Source: a virus
DNA: 59,893 nucleotides
Virus record (IMG/VR): IMGVR_UViG_3300010401_000008
Span: 1-59,893 of that record
Direction: 5' to 3' (one strand)
A program made the translations under genes and the position numbers. The notes under the pieces are model-generated. The model worked only from the letters and a program-made list of their open reading frames with translations. It did no database searches and was not told the DNA's origin. Shown piece by piece: positions 52,477 through 59,893 of the stretch (position 1 is its first letter; each line of letters starts with the position of its first letter).

Positions 52477-52675
52477 GATCCTTCTCCTTGGCGATTCCCT
52501 CGCCATTGATTAGACAGATCACCTTGGCCCGAAGGGTCCACAATCGTCCGATCCGCTCATACTCTGCCGGTGTCGGCTTTCGATAGAGCGTAAGCAGTTT
52601 GTCTGCGTGGCTCGAGAGCGCATCCGAAATGTCTCGCAGCTCTTCGACAGAGAACATAGGCTCCGCTCCGGTCAT
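52424..52675 (-). CDS. hypothetical protein (83 aa)
   Basis: ATGA-coupled start. Its 3' end overlaps the csrA-like start by 53 nt. Confidence 0.4.
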   Translation of the reverse strand: MTGAEPMFSVEELRDISDALSSHADKLLTLYRKPTPAEYERIGRLWTLRAKVICLINGEGIAKEKDHADSDVSTGGRRSDHAT

Positions 52676-53274
52676 GACACCGTCTCTACTGCAGGCGTAA
52701 GTTCCGACAGAAGAGCCGTCTTGAACTCGGGCCACAGGTCGCGCCAGAAGCCGACAGCCGATTGATCGTCGGAACTGAGAGTCAGATTCCACGGCTCTTC
52801 GAGGAAGCGCTTTACATCACGACTTAGGCTGTCCGATGAGACGTGACACAGCACCTCAACCCACAGCTCTATGGATCGACTGCGCAACGAATCTGAGTTT
52901 TCGCTGATGGCCTGCCATAGATCGCGAGCATCGTCCTTGTCGAGTGAGCGATCTCGCCGCGATTCGATCAGGCGCTTGCGAAGCGCTTCGAGCGACTTCT
53001 CGCCGTCGAATCGATGCAGGTCGCCGCCCATGAACTTCGTAAAGATGTAGTCGAAATCCACGAAAGAGAGGAACTTCTTAAAGCGACAGCCGCAATGGGT
53101 CCATGAGTTGCCCCAGCTCCCGAAGGTCGAATGAATCAGGATCTCGCCGCAGTAGCGGACTTTCTCGCTGGTGAGCTGGCAGTCCCCAACTGTCCACTCG
53201 CGCACGCAGATGGTGGCCCATTCGCCCTTTGCACGAACGCGATAGCAGTCCATCGTCTCTTTGGTGACGCTCAT
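52672..53274 (-). CDS. hypothetical protein (200 aa)
   Basis: Track ORF, coupled. No motif recognised. Confidence 0.55.
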   Translation of the reverse strand: MSVTKETMDCYRVRAKGEWATICVREWTVGDCQLTSEKVRYCGEILIHSTFGSWGNSWTHCGCRFKKFLSFVDFDYIFTKFMGGDLHRFDGEKSLEALRKRLIESRRDRSLDKDDARDLWQAISENSDSLRSRSIELWVEVLCHVSSDSLSRDVKRFLEEPWNLTLSSDDQSAVGFWRDLWPEFKTALLSELTPAVETVS

Positions 53275-53579
53275 TCGACGCTCCGTAGTGCTTCGGACTT
53301 GTTGCGGATTACGTGGACGTACCCGCGCTCGAGCAGCAACGCCTGAGTGCGTGCCATGCCTTCGAGCAGGGCGGTGCGGCCATCGATGCCGTGCGTATCG
53401 ACGTAGCGGTGGCAGTCAGAGCAGCCCCAGGCGCCGAGCAGATCGTTCGCCTTCAGGCCCATGCCGCTGATGCCCGACATGCGCAGGTGGCAGAGCACGG
53501 TGGTCTCGGGGTTGCCATTACAGACGCCGGGCATCCGGATCTGACAGGGCATGCCGCGCGCGAGATTGCGGAGGTTCAT
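53271..53579 (-). CDS. DUF1364/YbcO-like putative nuclease
   Basis: ARGMPCQIRMPGVCNGNPETTVLCHLR...GMGLKANDLLGAWGCSDCH. Confidence 0.55.
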   Translation of the reverse strand: MNLRNLARGMPCQIRMPGVCNGNPETTVLCHLRMSGISGMGLKANDLLGAWGCSDCHRYVDTHGIDGRTALLEGMARTQALLLERGYVHVIRNKSEALRSVE

Positions 53580-54031
53580 GCTGCCCGCCCGTAGTGCTCG
53601 TCTGCGTACCGCCAGACTTCGCCGGCGAGCTCGGACTCCGCCATGTCGAGAATGCGGGCGCACACGGTCATCATCGCGGCCATCACCCGGCCAAACTCCA
53701 CGTCATCCGGGATCGCGTCGTAGCTGATGCTCTTCGGCAGTACGGAGATCTCGCCGTCGAGATCTACGAACTCCTCGACGTGCCCGGCCTTCTTCGCCAC
53801 CGCGTACCGGAAGCTGTCGAACGTTGGGTAGCGCTCCTCGAACTCGTGCGGCAGGTTGTCGTACGTGAGATTGAGCAACGCCAGGCAGAGCTTGTGGTGC
53901 TGGTAGTTGCGGGGCTTCACCACGTCAGCGCGGTATTGCTCGCCGTTCTTGAATCGCTTCCACGCCTCACGGCTCGCATCATCCGCAGGGATGAACCCGG
54001 AGAGCGTCTTGGTGAGGTACATGCGGGACAT
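53576..54031 (-). CDS. DUF1367-like phage protein
   Basis: YRADVVKPRNYQHHKLCLALLNLTYDN...SFRYAVAKKAGHVEEF...SISYDAIPDDVEF. Confidence 0.5.
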   Translation of the reverse strand: MSRMYLTKTLSGFIPADDASREAWKRFKNGEQYRADVVKPRNYQHHKLCLALLNLTYDNLPHEFEERYPTFDSFRYAVAKKAGHVEEFVDLDGEISVLPKSISYDAIPDDVEFGRVMAAMMTVCARILDMAESELAGEVWRYADEHYGRAA

Positions 54032-54651
54032 TACGCAGCCGCCTTCTTGGGCTGGATCGCTTCCATCAGAGTCGCCATCTCGCGCTCGAACAGGTCGACC
54101 GCCTTGGCGATGCCGTCGATGTAGAGTTCGTCGCGGAACACGCGAATCTTGAACAGCGGCAGACGGGGACAATATGAAACGAAGTCGCACCACTTACGGC
54201 ATGCGACCCACAACTGGCCCTGAACCTGAGCCAGATGTGCAGCGGGCATCTTTCCGGCCAACAGCACGTCGAGCTGGATGTGCGCCAGCTTGGTTTTAAT
54301 CTCGAGCATCCCATCGTCGCCAATGAGGCTGTCAGGGCTGCAGCCGACCCCATGGTTCTTGATGAACCCCATCGGCTGCGGCTCGAGGTCGGTGATAAAC
54401 GCGTACCTGTCGCGCGCCTCAGCCTCCTGCTCGTGTCCGCGCTCCGTGTGGTCATTCTGGTACATGTACATAGGGTCGCCCGTCAGGCGCTCTCCCATGA
54501 GCTTTAACATGTACTCGCGACGGCTTTTCGAATCCTCGCCCTTCGCTTTGCCCTGAGCCATCACGGTCTTGAACATCGATGCCGTGATGATCCCGCGCCG
54601 GAGCTCAAGCCATTCCGGGCTGTTCTGCTCGCAGTTGAAGTACTCGATCAT
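54031..54651 (-). CDS. YqaJ-type recombination exonuclease
   Basis: QNSPEWLELRRGIITASMF...ERGHEQEAEAR...SPDSLIGDDGMLEIKT. Confidence 0.8.
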   Translation of the reverse strand: MIEYFNCEQNSPEWLELRRGIITASMFKTVMAQGKAKGEDSKSRREYMLKLMGERLTGDPMYMYQNDHTERGHEQEAEARDRYAFITDLEPQPMGFIKNHGVGCSPDSLIGDDGMLEIKTKLAHIQLDVLLAGKMPAAHLAQVQGQLWVACRKWCDFVSYCPRLPLFKIRVFRDELYIDGIAKAVDLFEREMATLMEAIQPKKAAA

Positions 54652-55409
54652 TTCGGCTTCGCCTGCTGCTTCTCACGTCCGAACCGGCGCAACTCAGCGA
54701 CGCATGAATCCAAATCCTTCGCCGCGATTTCCCCAAAGCTGCCGACCTTGCAGAACAGGCTCAGGAACCGCTCGGGCTTCGCGCCAACCTCAGTGCACAG
54801 AGCCATGAGATCGGCGGCCTGCTGTTCGGTAATGGCCTCTTCGGCGCCGTTGCCGTCGTTGTCGTTCTCACCAATGGCGACGTTGAAGATGCCCTTTAGC
54901 AGGTAGCGCATGCCGTACTGCTGGGCCGCGCCGGCCGCGTGCGTCTTCGTCATCACGTCGCCACCTTTGGCGCCCTTGCCATCGGCGGGCATATCCTTCC
55001 AGTGCGTCTCTTTGTGGCCAGCCGTATGACGCACCAGACACACCACGCGAACGTGTTCGGGCTTCGCGGTCTCGCCATCGCTGAACGTCAGCGAGAACCC
55101 GTGCCGGGTGTAGATCGGCCGCAGGACGCTATCCAGCTTGCCGTAGGAGGCGTAGTCGCTGCGCGTCTGGGGATTGGTGGCATCGGCCGACACCCGCTTC
55201 ATCTCCGCCTGCGCGGCCGACATGGCGGCGCTGAATGCGGCCTCAGCCTGGCGCGCGGTGATGCGCTCGTGCATCGCCATCAGACGTTCCATCTTCTCGA
55301 TGTCCACGGACGGGTCGGATGCGGCCCGGCTGATCACCTCGAGCAAGCTGGCGACTGGCGCCTGATCGCGCGTGGCCAGCGTGCCGTCCTGTTTCACAAT
55401 GACGCTCAC
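54648..55409 (-). CDS. erf: Erf-family single-strand annealing protein
   Basis: AEAAFSAAMSAAQAEM...NPQTRSDYASYGKLDSVLRPIYTRHGFSLTF...AAGAAQQYGMRYLLKGIFN. Confidence 0.7.
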   Translation of the reverse strand: MSVIVKQDGTLATRDQAPVASLLEVISRAASDPSVDIEKMERLMAMHERITARQAEAAFSAAMSAAQAEMKRVSADATNPQTRSDYASYGKLDSVLRPIYTRHGFSLTFSDGETAKPEHVRVVCLVRHTAGHKETHWKDMPADGKGAKGGDVMTKTHAAGAAQQYGMRYLLKGIFNVAIGENDNDGNGAEEAITEQQAADLMALCTEVGAKPERFLSLFCKVGSFGEIAAKDLDSCVAELRRFGREKQQAKPK

Positions 55410-55603
55410 GCATCCTCCTTCGCCATCTCGATATCACCGCCAGCCTTCGCCAGCGCCATGAAGTCGGCCGGCTCGGCAAGCGTGCAGGTGACGGTATCGG
55501 CCACCACGTGCGCGATGGCGCGCGCCTGATTCTTGGCGTCCACAATGCGCGTGACTGCTGTATCGGTCTTGGCTGGCTGAACAGTAATCCGGTAATGCGG
55601 CAT
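55406..55603 (-). CDS. hypothetical protein (65 aa)
   Basis: ATG 55603 lies 5 nt after GAGGA. Confidence 0.45.
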   Translation of the reverse strand: MPHYRITVQPAKTDTAVTRIVDAKNQARAIAHVVADTVTCTLAEPADFMALAKAGGDIEMAKEDA

Positions 55604-55610
55604 AGATTCC

Positions 55611-55769
55611 TCAGTGAGTGTCTTCGTGGTATCGATTCGTGCGCGCCCAAAGCGTTTCGCGGCGCACACGGACGTTCTTCTTTCGCTTGCGCTCTTCGTG
55701 CGAGGTGATGCAACTGACGATCGCCACCAGCAGAATGAGTGCGGCTGAGCACCAGGCTGCGAGCATCAT
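55611..55769 (-). CDS. 52-aa single-TM protein
   Basis: MMLAAWCSAALILLVAIVSCI, then a basic tail. ATGA coupling. Confidence 0.4.
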   Translation of the reverse strand: MMLAAWCSAALILLVAIVSCITSHEERKRKKNVRVRRETLWARTNRYHEDTH

Positions 55770-56029
55770 GTCGGCTCCTTGAGGTCATGTAGTGCGGTGA
55801 GCGTCTCTGCCGCGAACCGCTGATGATCCGCAGCGCCCTCGCGAATCATCATCAGTGCAAGGCATGCTTTATCAGCGCGTTTCTTTTGATACTCGGCGCC
55901 CTCGTCCCTGCGGATCAGCCACCGCGATAGCGTGCGCAGATCATCGTCCGGGTCGCAGTTCGGCTCATCGAGCAGCCGGTTTGCCAGCGCGATAGCTTGG
56001 CTCCGCTCATCATTGGACTCCAGAGCCAT
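55766..56029 (-). CDS. hypothetical protein (87 aa)
   Basis: Track ORF, TAATG coupling. Confidence 0.45.
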   Translation of the reverse strand: MALESNDERSQAIALANRLLDEPNCDPDDDLRTLSRWLIRRDEGAEYQKKRADKACLALMMIREGAADHQRFAAETLTALHDLKEPT

Positions 56030-56703
56030 TAGCCTTCCCTCCGATTCTTCGGTTCCTGATCGCGCTCCAGCGTCACTTTGAACAGCCCTCGGGATGCGGT
56101 GTGGAATGCGACGACGCCTTCAGGCTGTTTGAAGCCGGGCGCTGCGTAGCTACCATTCACGCGGAGCAGGGCTAGCGCTTCGTCGATGCAGGCCATCCCC
56201 ACGCCTCGCGCGAGGATCGGCACGACGTTGCAACACTGCGGAACGAGAACGGCGTCAGCGGGCGCGAACGAATCGCCTGGATCTTTCCAGCGGCCTACGT
56301 TGAACAGGCTCCAGCGCTTCTCTGTGAGGCCGTAGCGCCGTTGAATGCCAGAGCCCCACCATTCACCGAAGTGCGCGCCCGCGCCTAGCGCAGCCAGCTC
56401 GTGAGCATGCTGATAGCACCAGCGGCCGAACCCGTTGTTGTCGTCGCCGCCCACGTGCGCGATCCAGCGATTGCGTGAACCGGCGCGTAAGAAGTGCGGC
56501 ACACCGGCGACATCAATCTGGCAATCGTAGCCATGCTCCAACCGAGAGCCTTCGGCCGGGCGGATATGAACCTGCCCGTTCGTACCGTCGATCTTCTCGG
56601 TAACGATAACTTCACGATTGAGACGCGCGATCTTCGCAAACTCTGCGAAAACCGGGATTTGGAGATCGTCAGGGAGCGAATCATTCACCGCACACCTCCG
56701 CAT
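56029..56703 (-). CDS. RNA ligase family nucleotidyltransferase
   Basis: Motif I TEKIDGTNG, later FGEWWG, EGVVAF and FKV. The probable true start is GTG 56688, 5 nt after GGAGG. Confidence 0.65.
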   Translation of the reverse strand: MRRCAVNDSLPDDLQIPVFAEFAKIARLNREVIVTEKIDGTNGQVHIRPAEGSRLEHGYDCQIDVAGVPHFLRAGSRNRWIAHVGGDDNNGFGRWCYQHAHELAALGAGAHFGEWWGSGIQRRYGLTEKRWSLFNVGRWKDPGDSFAPADAVLVPQCCNVVPILARGVGMACIDEALALLRVNGSYAAPGFKQPEGVVAFHTASRGLFKVTLERDQEPKNRREG

Positions 56704-56911
56704 ATTCCTTCAGCCACTTCTCGATCAGCCGGTTCGTTGGCTGGAGCATCATGGCCATCGCGGCCTGCATCAGCAGATGGCGCATGAGCCTGTTCTGTTT
56801 CTGCAGGCGATCGATCGTTGCCAGCGCATCCGCGCCAAACTTTTCGACCTGCGCCTGAACGTCGACAGTCAGGACTTCGAGTTCTTCAGCTTGTTTCGCA
56901 ACGTCAGCCAT
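56681..56911 (-). CDS. hypothetical helical protein (76 aa)
   Basis: ATG 56911 follows a GGGAGAAAGGA SD-like stretch. Confidence 0.45.
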   Translation of the reverse strand: MADVAKQAEELEVLTVDVQAQVEKFGADALATIDRLQKQNRLMRHLLMQAAMAMMLQPTNRLIEKWLKEYAEVCGE

Positions 56912-57128
56912 GTTCCTTTCTCCCTTCCGCGACCACGAGGGCTGCCGCGAGCGTATCCATGGCCAAGCGCGCGGCTTCCCGTTTGGTGCGCACATCGAGC
57001 GCAAGCGTATCGATCACGAGATTTAGCTCGCTGTCGCTCATGCCGATGAAGGTCTCGGCTTGTGAGAGATTCACACCGGCAAGCACTGTGGGTGTGAATG
57101 CGGCCTGCGCATCTTTGGCGGTGATCAT
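56904..57128 (-). CDS. hypothetical protein (74 aa)
   Basis: Track ORF. Confidence 0.45.
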   Translation of the reverse strand: MITAKDAQAAFTPTVLAGVNLSQAETFIGMSDSELNLVIDTLALDVRTKREAARLAMDTLAAALVVAEGRKEHG

Positions 57129-57131
57129 GGT

Positions 57132-57305
57132 TCAGTACTCCAGATCCAACTCTGAGTCTTCGCGCTTGCGATCCTCGGCATCGCTCGAAGCCCGCTGACG
57201 GTCGATCTCGTTCGTGGGCGGCATGCGCCAGCCCTTCGGAAAGCTAAGGCGCGTAAGCTCGTAGGCTTCGTTGAGATCGATGGTCGGCTTCACGCGGGCG
57301 TTCAT
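57132..57305 (-). CDS. hypothetical protein (57 aa, acidic C-terminus)
   Basis: MNARVKPTIDLNEAYELTRL...DSELDLEY. ATGA coupling. Below the track cutoff. Confidence 0.4.
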   Translation of the reverse strand: MNARVKPTIDLNEAYELTRLSFPKGWRMPPTNEIDRQRASSDAEDRKREDSELDLEY

Positions 57306-57505
57306 GGCGCAGCCTCGAATCTATCGATCTCAATCTCGTCCCAGTCATCGGCCTGAGCGAGCGCGAGTTTCTGTTCGTCGAACAACCGGAGTTTTGAGCG
57401 CGGGTTCTCGTCGAGCCGCTTATCCCACGCCGCAAACTCTTCCTCGGTCATCTCGACGGTCTTCTGGAAGTGGGTCAGCTCGCTCCAAGCGATGAGCACT
57501 TTCAT
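57302..57505 (-). CDS. hypothetical protein (67 aa)
   Basis: Track ORF. Confidence 0.45.
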   Translation of the reverse strand: MKVLIAWSELTHFQKTVEMTEEEFAAWDKRLDENPRSKLRLFDEQKLALAQADDWDEIEIDRFEAAP

Positions 57506-57738
57506 GCTTGTTTCTCCGGGCTTTCAAGATCATCCGGGACCGGAGCCTTGGGTCCGCCATGCCGATAGCACGCGAGCGCAGGCACATAGAGCGAGCTACA
57601 TGTTTGCCCTTTTTCCTGCGGCCCATATGCGGGCTCATCGCAGAAACCATTGGGCATGCCGTAGCCATCCCAGCACGGCCGCGAACATTTGCCGACGCCG
57701 TTCGTGAGAACTTTGTGGCATTCGTAGAGGCTGCTCAT
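57502..57738 (-). CDS. Cys-rich small protein (78 aa)
   Basis: ATG 57738 lies 6 nt after GGAGG. Confidence 0.5.
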   Translation of the reverse strand: MSSLYECHKVLTNGVGKCSRPCWDGYGMPNGFCDEPAYGPQEKGQTCSSLYVPALACYRHGGPKAPVPDDLESPEKQA

Positions 57739-57772
57739 CGCGCACCTCCGATCTCGGTGTGGGAACGGACTG

Positions 57773-58045
57773 TCACGGCGCCACCTTCTTTGGCACATGC
57801 GATTCAGCCGACGCAGCCCATAGGTCAGCGGTCTGGGCCTGCGTGCGCACGATGTGGAGCTGACGCAGCAGCTCGAGTGTTGGGGTCAGGTAGCAGGCCG
57901 CTGCGATGGCAGCCTCGAGCTCGGTGATGGCCAGCGTCATATACTCGCGAGCCCGGCCAAGCGAATGGCGAACTACGCTCGCGTGCGAAGTCGTGGGCAG
58001 CGGTGGTGAGTTGGAATCTTCTACACTTGACGCGGAATTACTCAT
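57773..58045 (-). CDS. hypothetical protein (90 aa)
   Basis: ATGA-coupled start at 58045. Confidence 0.45.
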   Translation of the reverse strand: MSNSASSVEDSNSPPLPTTSHASVVRHSLGRAREYMTLAITELEAAIAAACYLTPTLELLRQLHIVRTQAQTADLWAASAESHVPKKVAP

Positions 58046-58245
58046 GACACGCGCACCCAGCGCATGCACGTGAGCAGCACGTTGTCGTAGTCACCGCTCA
58101 TCGCTTCCTTGCGAAAGGCGACTAGTTGCTCTTCGGTGGCCTTACCCTTTCTGGCGAGGGCATCGGCCACGCGCGCAATCACGAAGAACGCATTGCCGTC
58201 AGTGCCGCTCAGGCAGACCTTGACCTTCGGGAATTTCGGGGTCAC
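58042..58245 (-). CDS. hypothetical protein (67 aa)
   Basis: GTDGNAFFVIARVADALARKG...AMSGDYDNVLLTCMRWV. Confidence 0.5.
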   Translation of the reverse strand: MTPKFPKVKVCLSGTDGNAFFVIARVADALARKGKATEEQLVAFRKEAMSGDYDNVLLTCMRWVRVS

Positions 58246-58616
58246 GACAGGGCTTCCGAGGTGGAGGCGCCTGAAGGGGGCACTAATTTTCTCCCCACGC
58301 CACCGCAGTTATGGATTGCGGCTCCGTTCAACACGCGCCACGTCAGGGTGCAGATGTCTTTCGCAACCGAGTAGTCGTGGGCCTGCCCGTCCCAGAGCGA
58401 CATGCACGACGCGCGTTCCATGCCACGCTCGGCCGCACGCCGTTCCTTCCACGCGGCTTTGTTCGCGGCGCGCAACTCATCAGGCGACAGAGCCTGAATC
58501 CGCGCCTTGAGCTTCTCGCTCGCGAAGAACACACCGTAGCCGTGAGTCTTGAACTCGATGGCGCCGAACTTGAACGCCTGAGTGGGTTTCGAGTTTTCTT
58601 GACTCCGGGTGCTCAC
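58242..58616 (-). CDS. hypothetical protein (124 aa)
   Basis: GTGA-coupled start. Confidence 0.5.
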   Translation of the reverse strand: MSTRSQENSKPTQAFKFGAIEFKTHGYGVFFASEKLKARIQALSPDELRAANKAAWKERRAAERGMERASCMSLWDGQAHDYSVAKDICTLTWRVLNGAAIHNCGGVGRKLVPPSGASTSEALS

Positions 58617-59020
58617 TTGGCTTTCTCCTCTCGGCTCAGCTTCTCGCCAAACTCGAAGAATGATTTGCCGAGCTTGGACACGAACGCGTTGAGCAACGCT
58701 TCAGGCATGAGCGTCTGCGCCATCGCGCTCGTTGAGAGTATGCGTTCCATGCGTTTCCAGTCGCCGTCGCAGCCGAAATAGGCTTCAATCACGACAGCGG
58801 CGCAGGCCAGTTCGCTTTGTGGTTTCTCCGACAAGGCAGGCAGCAGCGCCGGTGCGATGACCGTCCAGAGATTGCTCAACGCACGCCACGCCATCTCCGG
58901 ATTCGAATCGAGTGACAGCCGGCAGCCGTTGATGATCGCGGCGCCGACCAGACTCGCCGGCAGCATCTCGAACAGTTTCTCGGCTGGTGAGGCGCTCCTG
59001 CTCTGGGAGCGGATACTCAC
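58613..59020 (-). CDS. hypothetical protein (135 aa)
   Basis: GTG 59020 overlaps the stop of the first PL ORF (GTGA). The ORF stays open to 59089. Confidence 0.45.
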   Translation of the reverse strand: MSIRSQSRSASPAEKLFEMLPASLVGAAIINGCRLSLDSNPEMAWRALSNLWTVIAPALLPALSEKPQSELACAAVVIEAYFGCDGDWKRMERILSTSAMAQTLMPEALLNAFVSKLGKSFFEFGEKLSREEKAK

Positions 59021-59139
59021 GAGAGCACCGCCTGTGCATCCGCCAGCGTCCGAAAGACCATCAGAGCCTTCCACGAACCGCGGGCACACACCGCCCAGCG
59101 GTAGCCGTCGTATCGGGTGCGAGTCAGTCGGATGTTCAC
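59017..59139 (-). CDS. first gene of the leftward early operon (40 aa)
   Basis: GTG lies 5 nt after GGAGG. MNIRLTRTRYDGYRWAVCARGSWKALMVFRTLADAQAVLS. Confidence 0.4.
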   Translation of the reverse strand: MNIRLTRTRYDGYRWAVCARGSWKALMVFRTLADAQAVLS

Positions 59140-59150
59140 TTCAGCCTCCG

Positions 59151-59167
59151 CGCTGGGTGATCCAGCG
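59151..59167 (-). other. 6-bp stem / 5-nt loop hairpin at the 5' end of the predicted PL transcript
   Basis: On the transcript it reads cgctgg-aucac-ccagcg, immediately upstream of the SD. Confidence 0.3.
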
Positions 59168-59177
59168 AGTGAGACGA

Positions 59178-59216
59178 AGCGTAAATCGGCTTACGCCGAA
59201 TGTCAAGTATGCTTAC
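59178..59216 (-). promoter_or_regulatory. PL-like early promoter with two operators (OL1, OL2)
   Basis: The minus strand reads gtaagcataCTTGACA-17 nt-TACGCT. Operators are GTAAGCATACTTGA (over the -35) and GTAAGCCGATTTAC (over the spacer and -10). Confidence 0.6.
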
Positions 59217-59262
59217 GTTCGAGGGCGCAAAAAGGTGAATCCGTTCCCTATGACGCGGTGCA

Positions 59263-59709
59263 CTAGGGCTTTTTCTTTGGCTTCGGCGGGTCGTCTAATT
59301 CAGGGAAAACATGCTTCGCGAGCCCTGGTGACTTGCGCTGCATTGTTTCGGCTTCTGACATCCGTTGCTTGAGCCATCCGCGCAGAGTCTCGGGCAGGTC
59401 ATCCCACCGATAAGCAACGCTCTTCGCCTCACGACTGAGTGGCATTTCGAACTCCGGGGGAGCGCTGTCCGGGTCCAATAGTAGCTCGCGTTCCTCAAAA
59501 CCAAGCAGTTTGCATAGCCCGAGCCGGTTGGTTCGCTCGAGTTCGCCTACGTCGCCACGTTCCCATTGCGAGACAGCCTCGCGACTTTTTAGGGCCAACG
59601 CCTTGGCAACAGCTTCCTGCGATAGGTCGCGCTCCATGCGGGCTTCCCTGATCTTGATCCCGCGAATGATCGCACGGGGATCGCGCTCACGTTTTTTCTT
59701 TACTGTCAC
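59263..59709 (-). CDS. cI: CI-like XRE-family repressor without a peptidase domain
   Basis: IIRGIKIREARMERDLSQEAVAKALALKSREAVSQWERGD, an HTH_3 pattern. GTG 59709 lies 4 nt from operator OR3 with no SD. The ORF stays open to 59793, but that part crosses the operators. Confidence 0.65.
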   Translation of the reverse strand: MTVKKKRERDPRAIIRGIKIREARMERDLSQEAVAKALALKSREAVSQWERGDVGELERTNRLGLCKLLGFEERELLLDPDSAPPEFEMPLSREAKSVAYRWDDLPETLRGWLKQRMSEAETMQRKSPGLAKHVFPELDDPPKPKKKP

Positions 59710-59713
59710 ATTT

Positions 59714-59784
59714 GTAAGTGTACTTACGCCTTCGGACTGGCGTGAGTAAGGAGACTTGACGAAAATAGTAAGTGGATTTACGCT
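59714..59784. promoter_or_regulatory. OR region: three operators plus PR (TTGACG-17 nt-TACGCT)
   Basis: OR3 GTAAGTGTACTTAC (59714-59727), OR2 GTAAGGAGACTTGA (59746-59759, over the -35), OR1 GTAAGTGGATTTAC (59768-59781, over the spacer and -10). The geometry is the same as at PL (22 bp centre to centre). Confidence 0.65.
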
Positions 59785-59893
59785 CGGGGGCATGCATCAG
59801 CTCAGCGACGTCATTAAACACTTCGGCGGCATCTCCGGTCTGGCGGCGGCACTCGAGTGCACCACCCAGGCAATCTCTCAGTGGGACGACGGA
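59771..59893. repeat. Terminal direct repeat copy 2 (identical to 1-123)
   Basis: Exact duplicate of the window start. It carries a partial second copy of cro. Confidence 0.9.

Noticed and set aside
59709-59793. An N-terminal extension of the repressor ORF to ATG 59793.
   Set aside because: The extension would be encoded across all three OR operators and PR. It reads as non-HTH filler (MPPSVNPLTIFVKSPYSRQSEGVSTLTN). GTG 59709 gives a normal XRE N-terminus.

Overview
This window is a complete, circularly assembled genome of a temperate, high-GC (roughly 60%) phage. The first 123 nt are repeated exactly at 59771-59893, so the unique unit is about 59,770 bp. Virion genes are P22-like (short-tailed): a P22-type portal, coat, gp4-like and gp10-like tail proteins, and ejection proteins. 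Embedded Rz/Rz1-type spanins point to a diderm host.

Layout:
- Immunity region across the contig junction: a lambda-style switch with an XRE-type cI (59263-59709, -), Cro (22-249, +), and five copies of a 14-bp operator, GTAAG-N4-YTTRA, at two near-identical early promoters.
- Rightward early genes (262-4022): several HNH endonucleases, a VRR-NUC-like nuclease, and a Q-like late regulator followed by a terminator.
- One long late operon (4083-42682). It opens with an unusual 10-kb block of secreted, FN3, lectin-like, glycosidase-like and fibre proteins. Then come terS/terL, portal, a GroES-like protein, scaffold, coat, a 999-aa beta-helix protein, gp4/gp10-like proteins, ejection proteins, a tail fibre plus tailspike, four TM/coiled-coil proteins, and a lysis cassette.
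- att-proximal cassette and attP on the minus strand (42787-44437). attP is the 3' 48 nt of tRNA-Glu(UUC) at 44521-44568.
- Leftward early operon (int and xis at 44656-45815, then about 45 tightly coupled genes to 59139). It includes Erf/YqaJ recombination genes, an RNA ligase, a NADAR protein, a CsrA-like protein, a HAD phosphatase, a GIY-YIG nuclease and many Cys-rich mini-proteins.

Most notable points:
- An in-frame TAG at codon 30 of the portal gene.
- An FN3 domain split across two frames at the 8139-8142 gene junction.
- Very high homing-endonuclease load: 7-8 HNH or His-Me-like genes plus 1 GIY-YIG.
- The glycan-targeting block that leads the late operon.
- Paralogous arm-type domains flanking attP.
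- A candidate counter-defence and host-takeover gene set.
- No recognisable replication genes.

All functional calls come from motif recognition by eye. No database search was possible.
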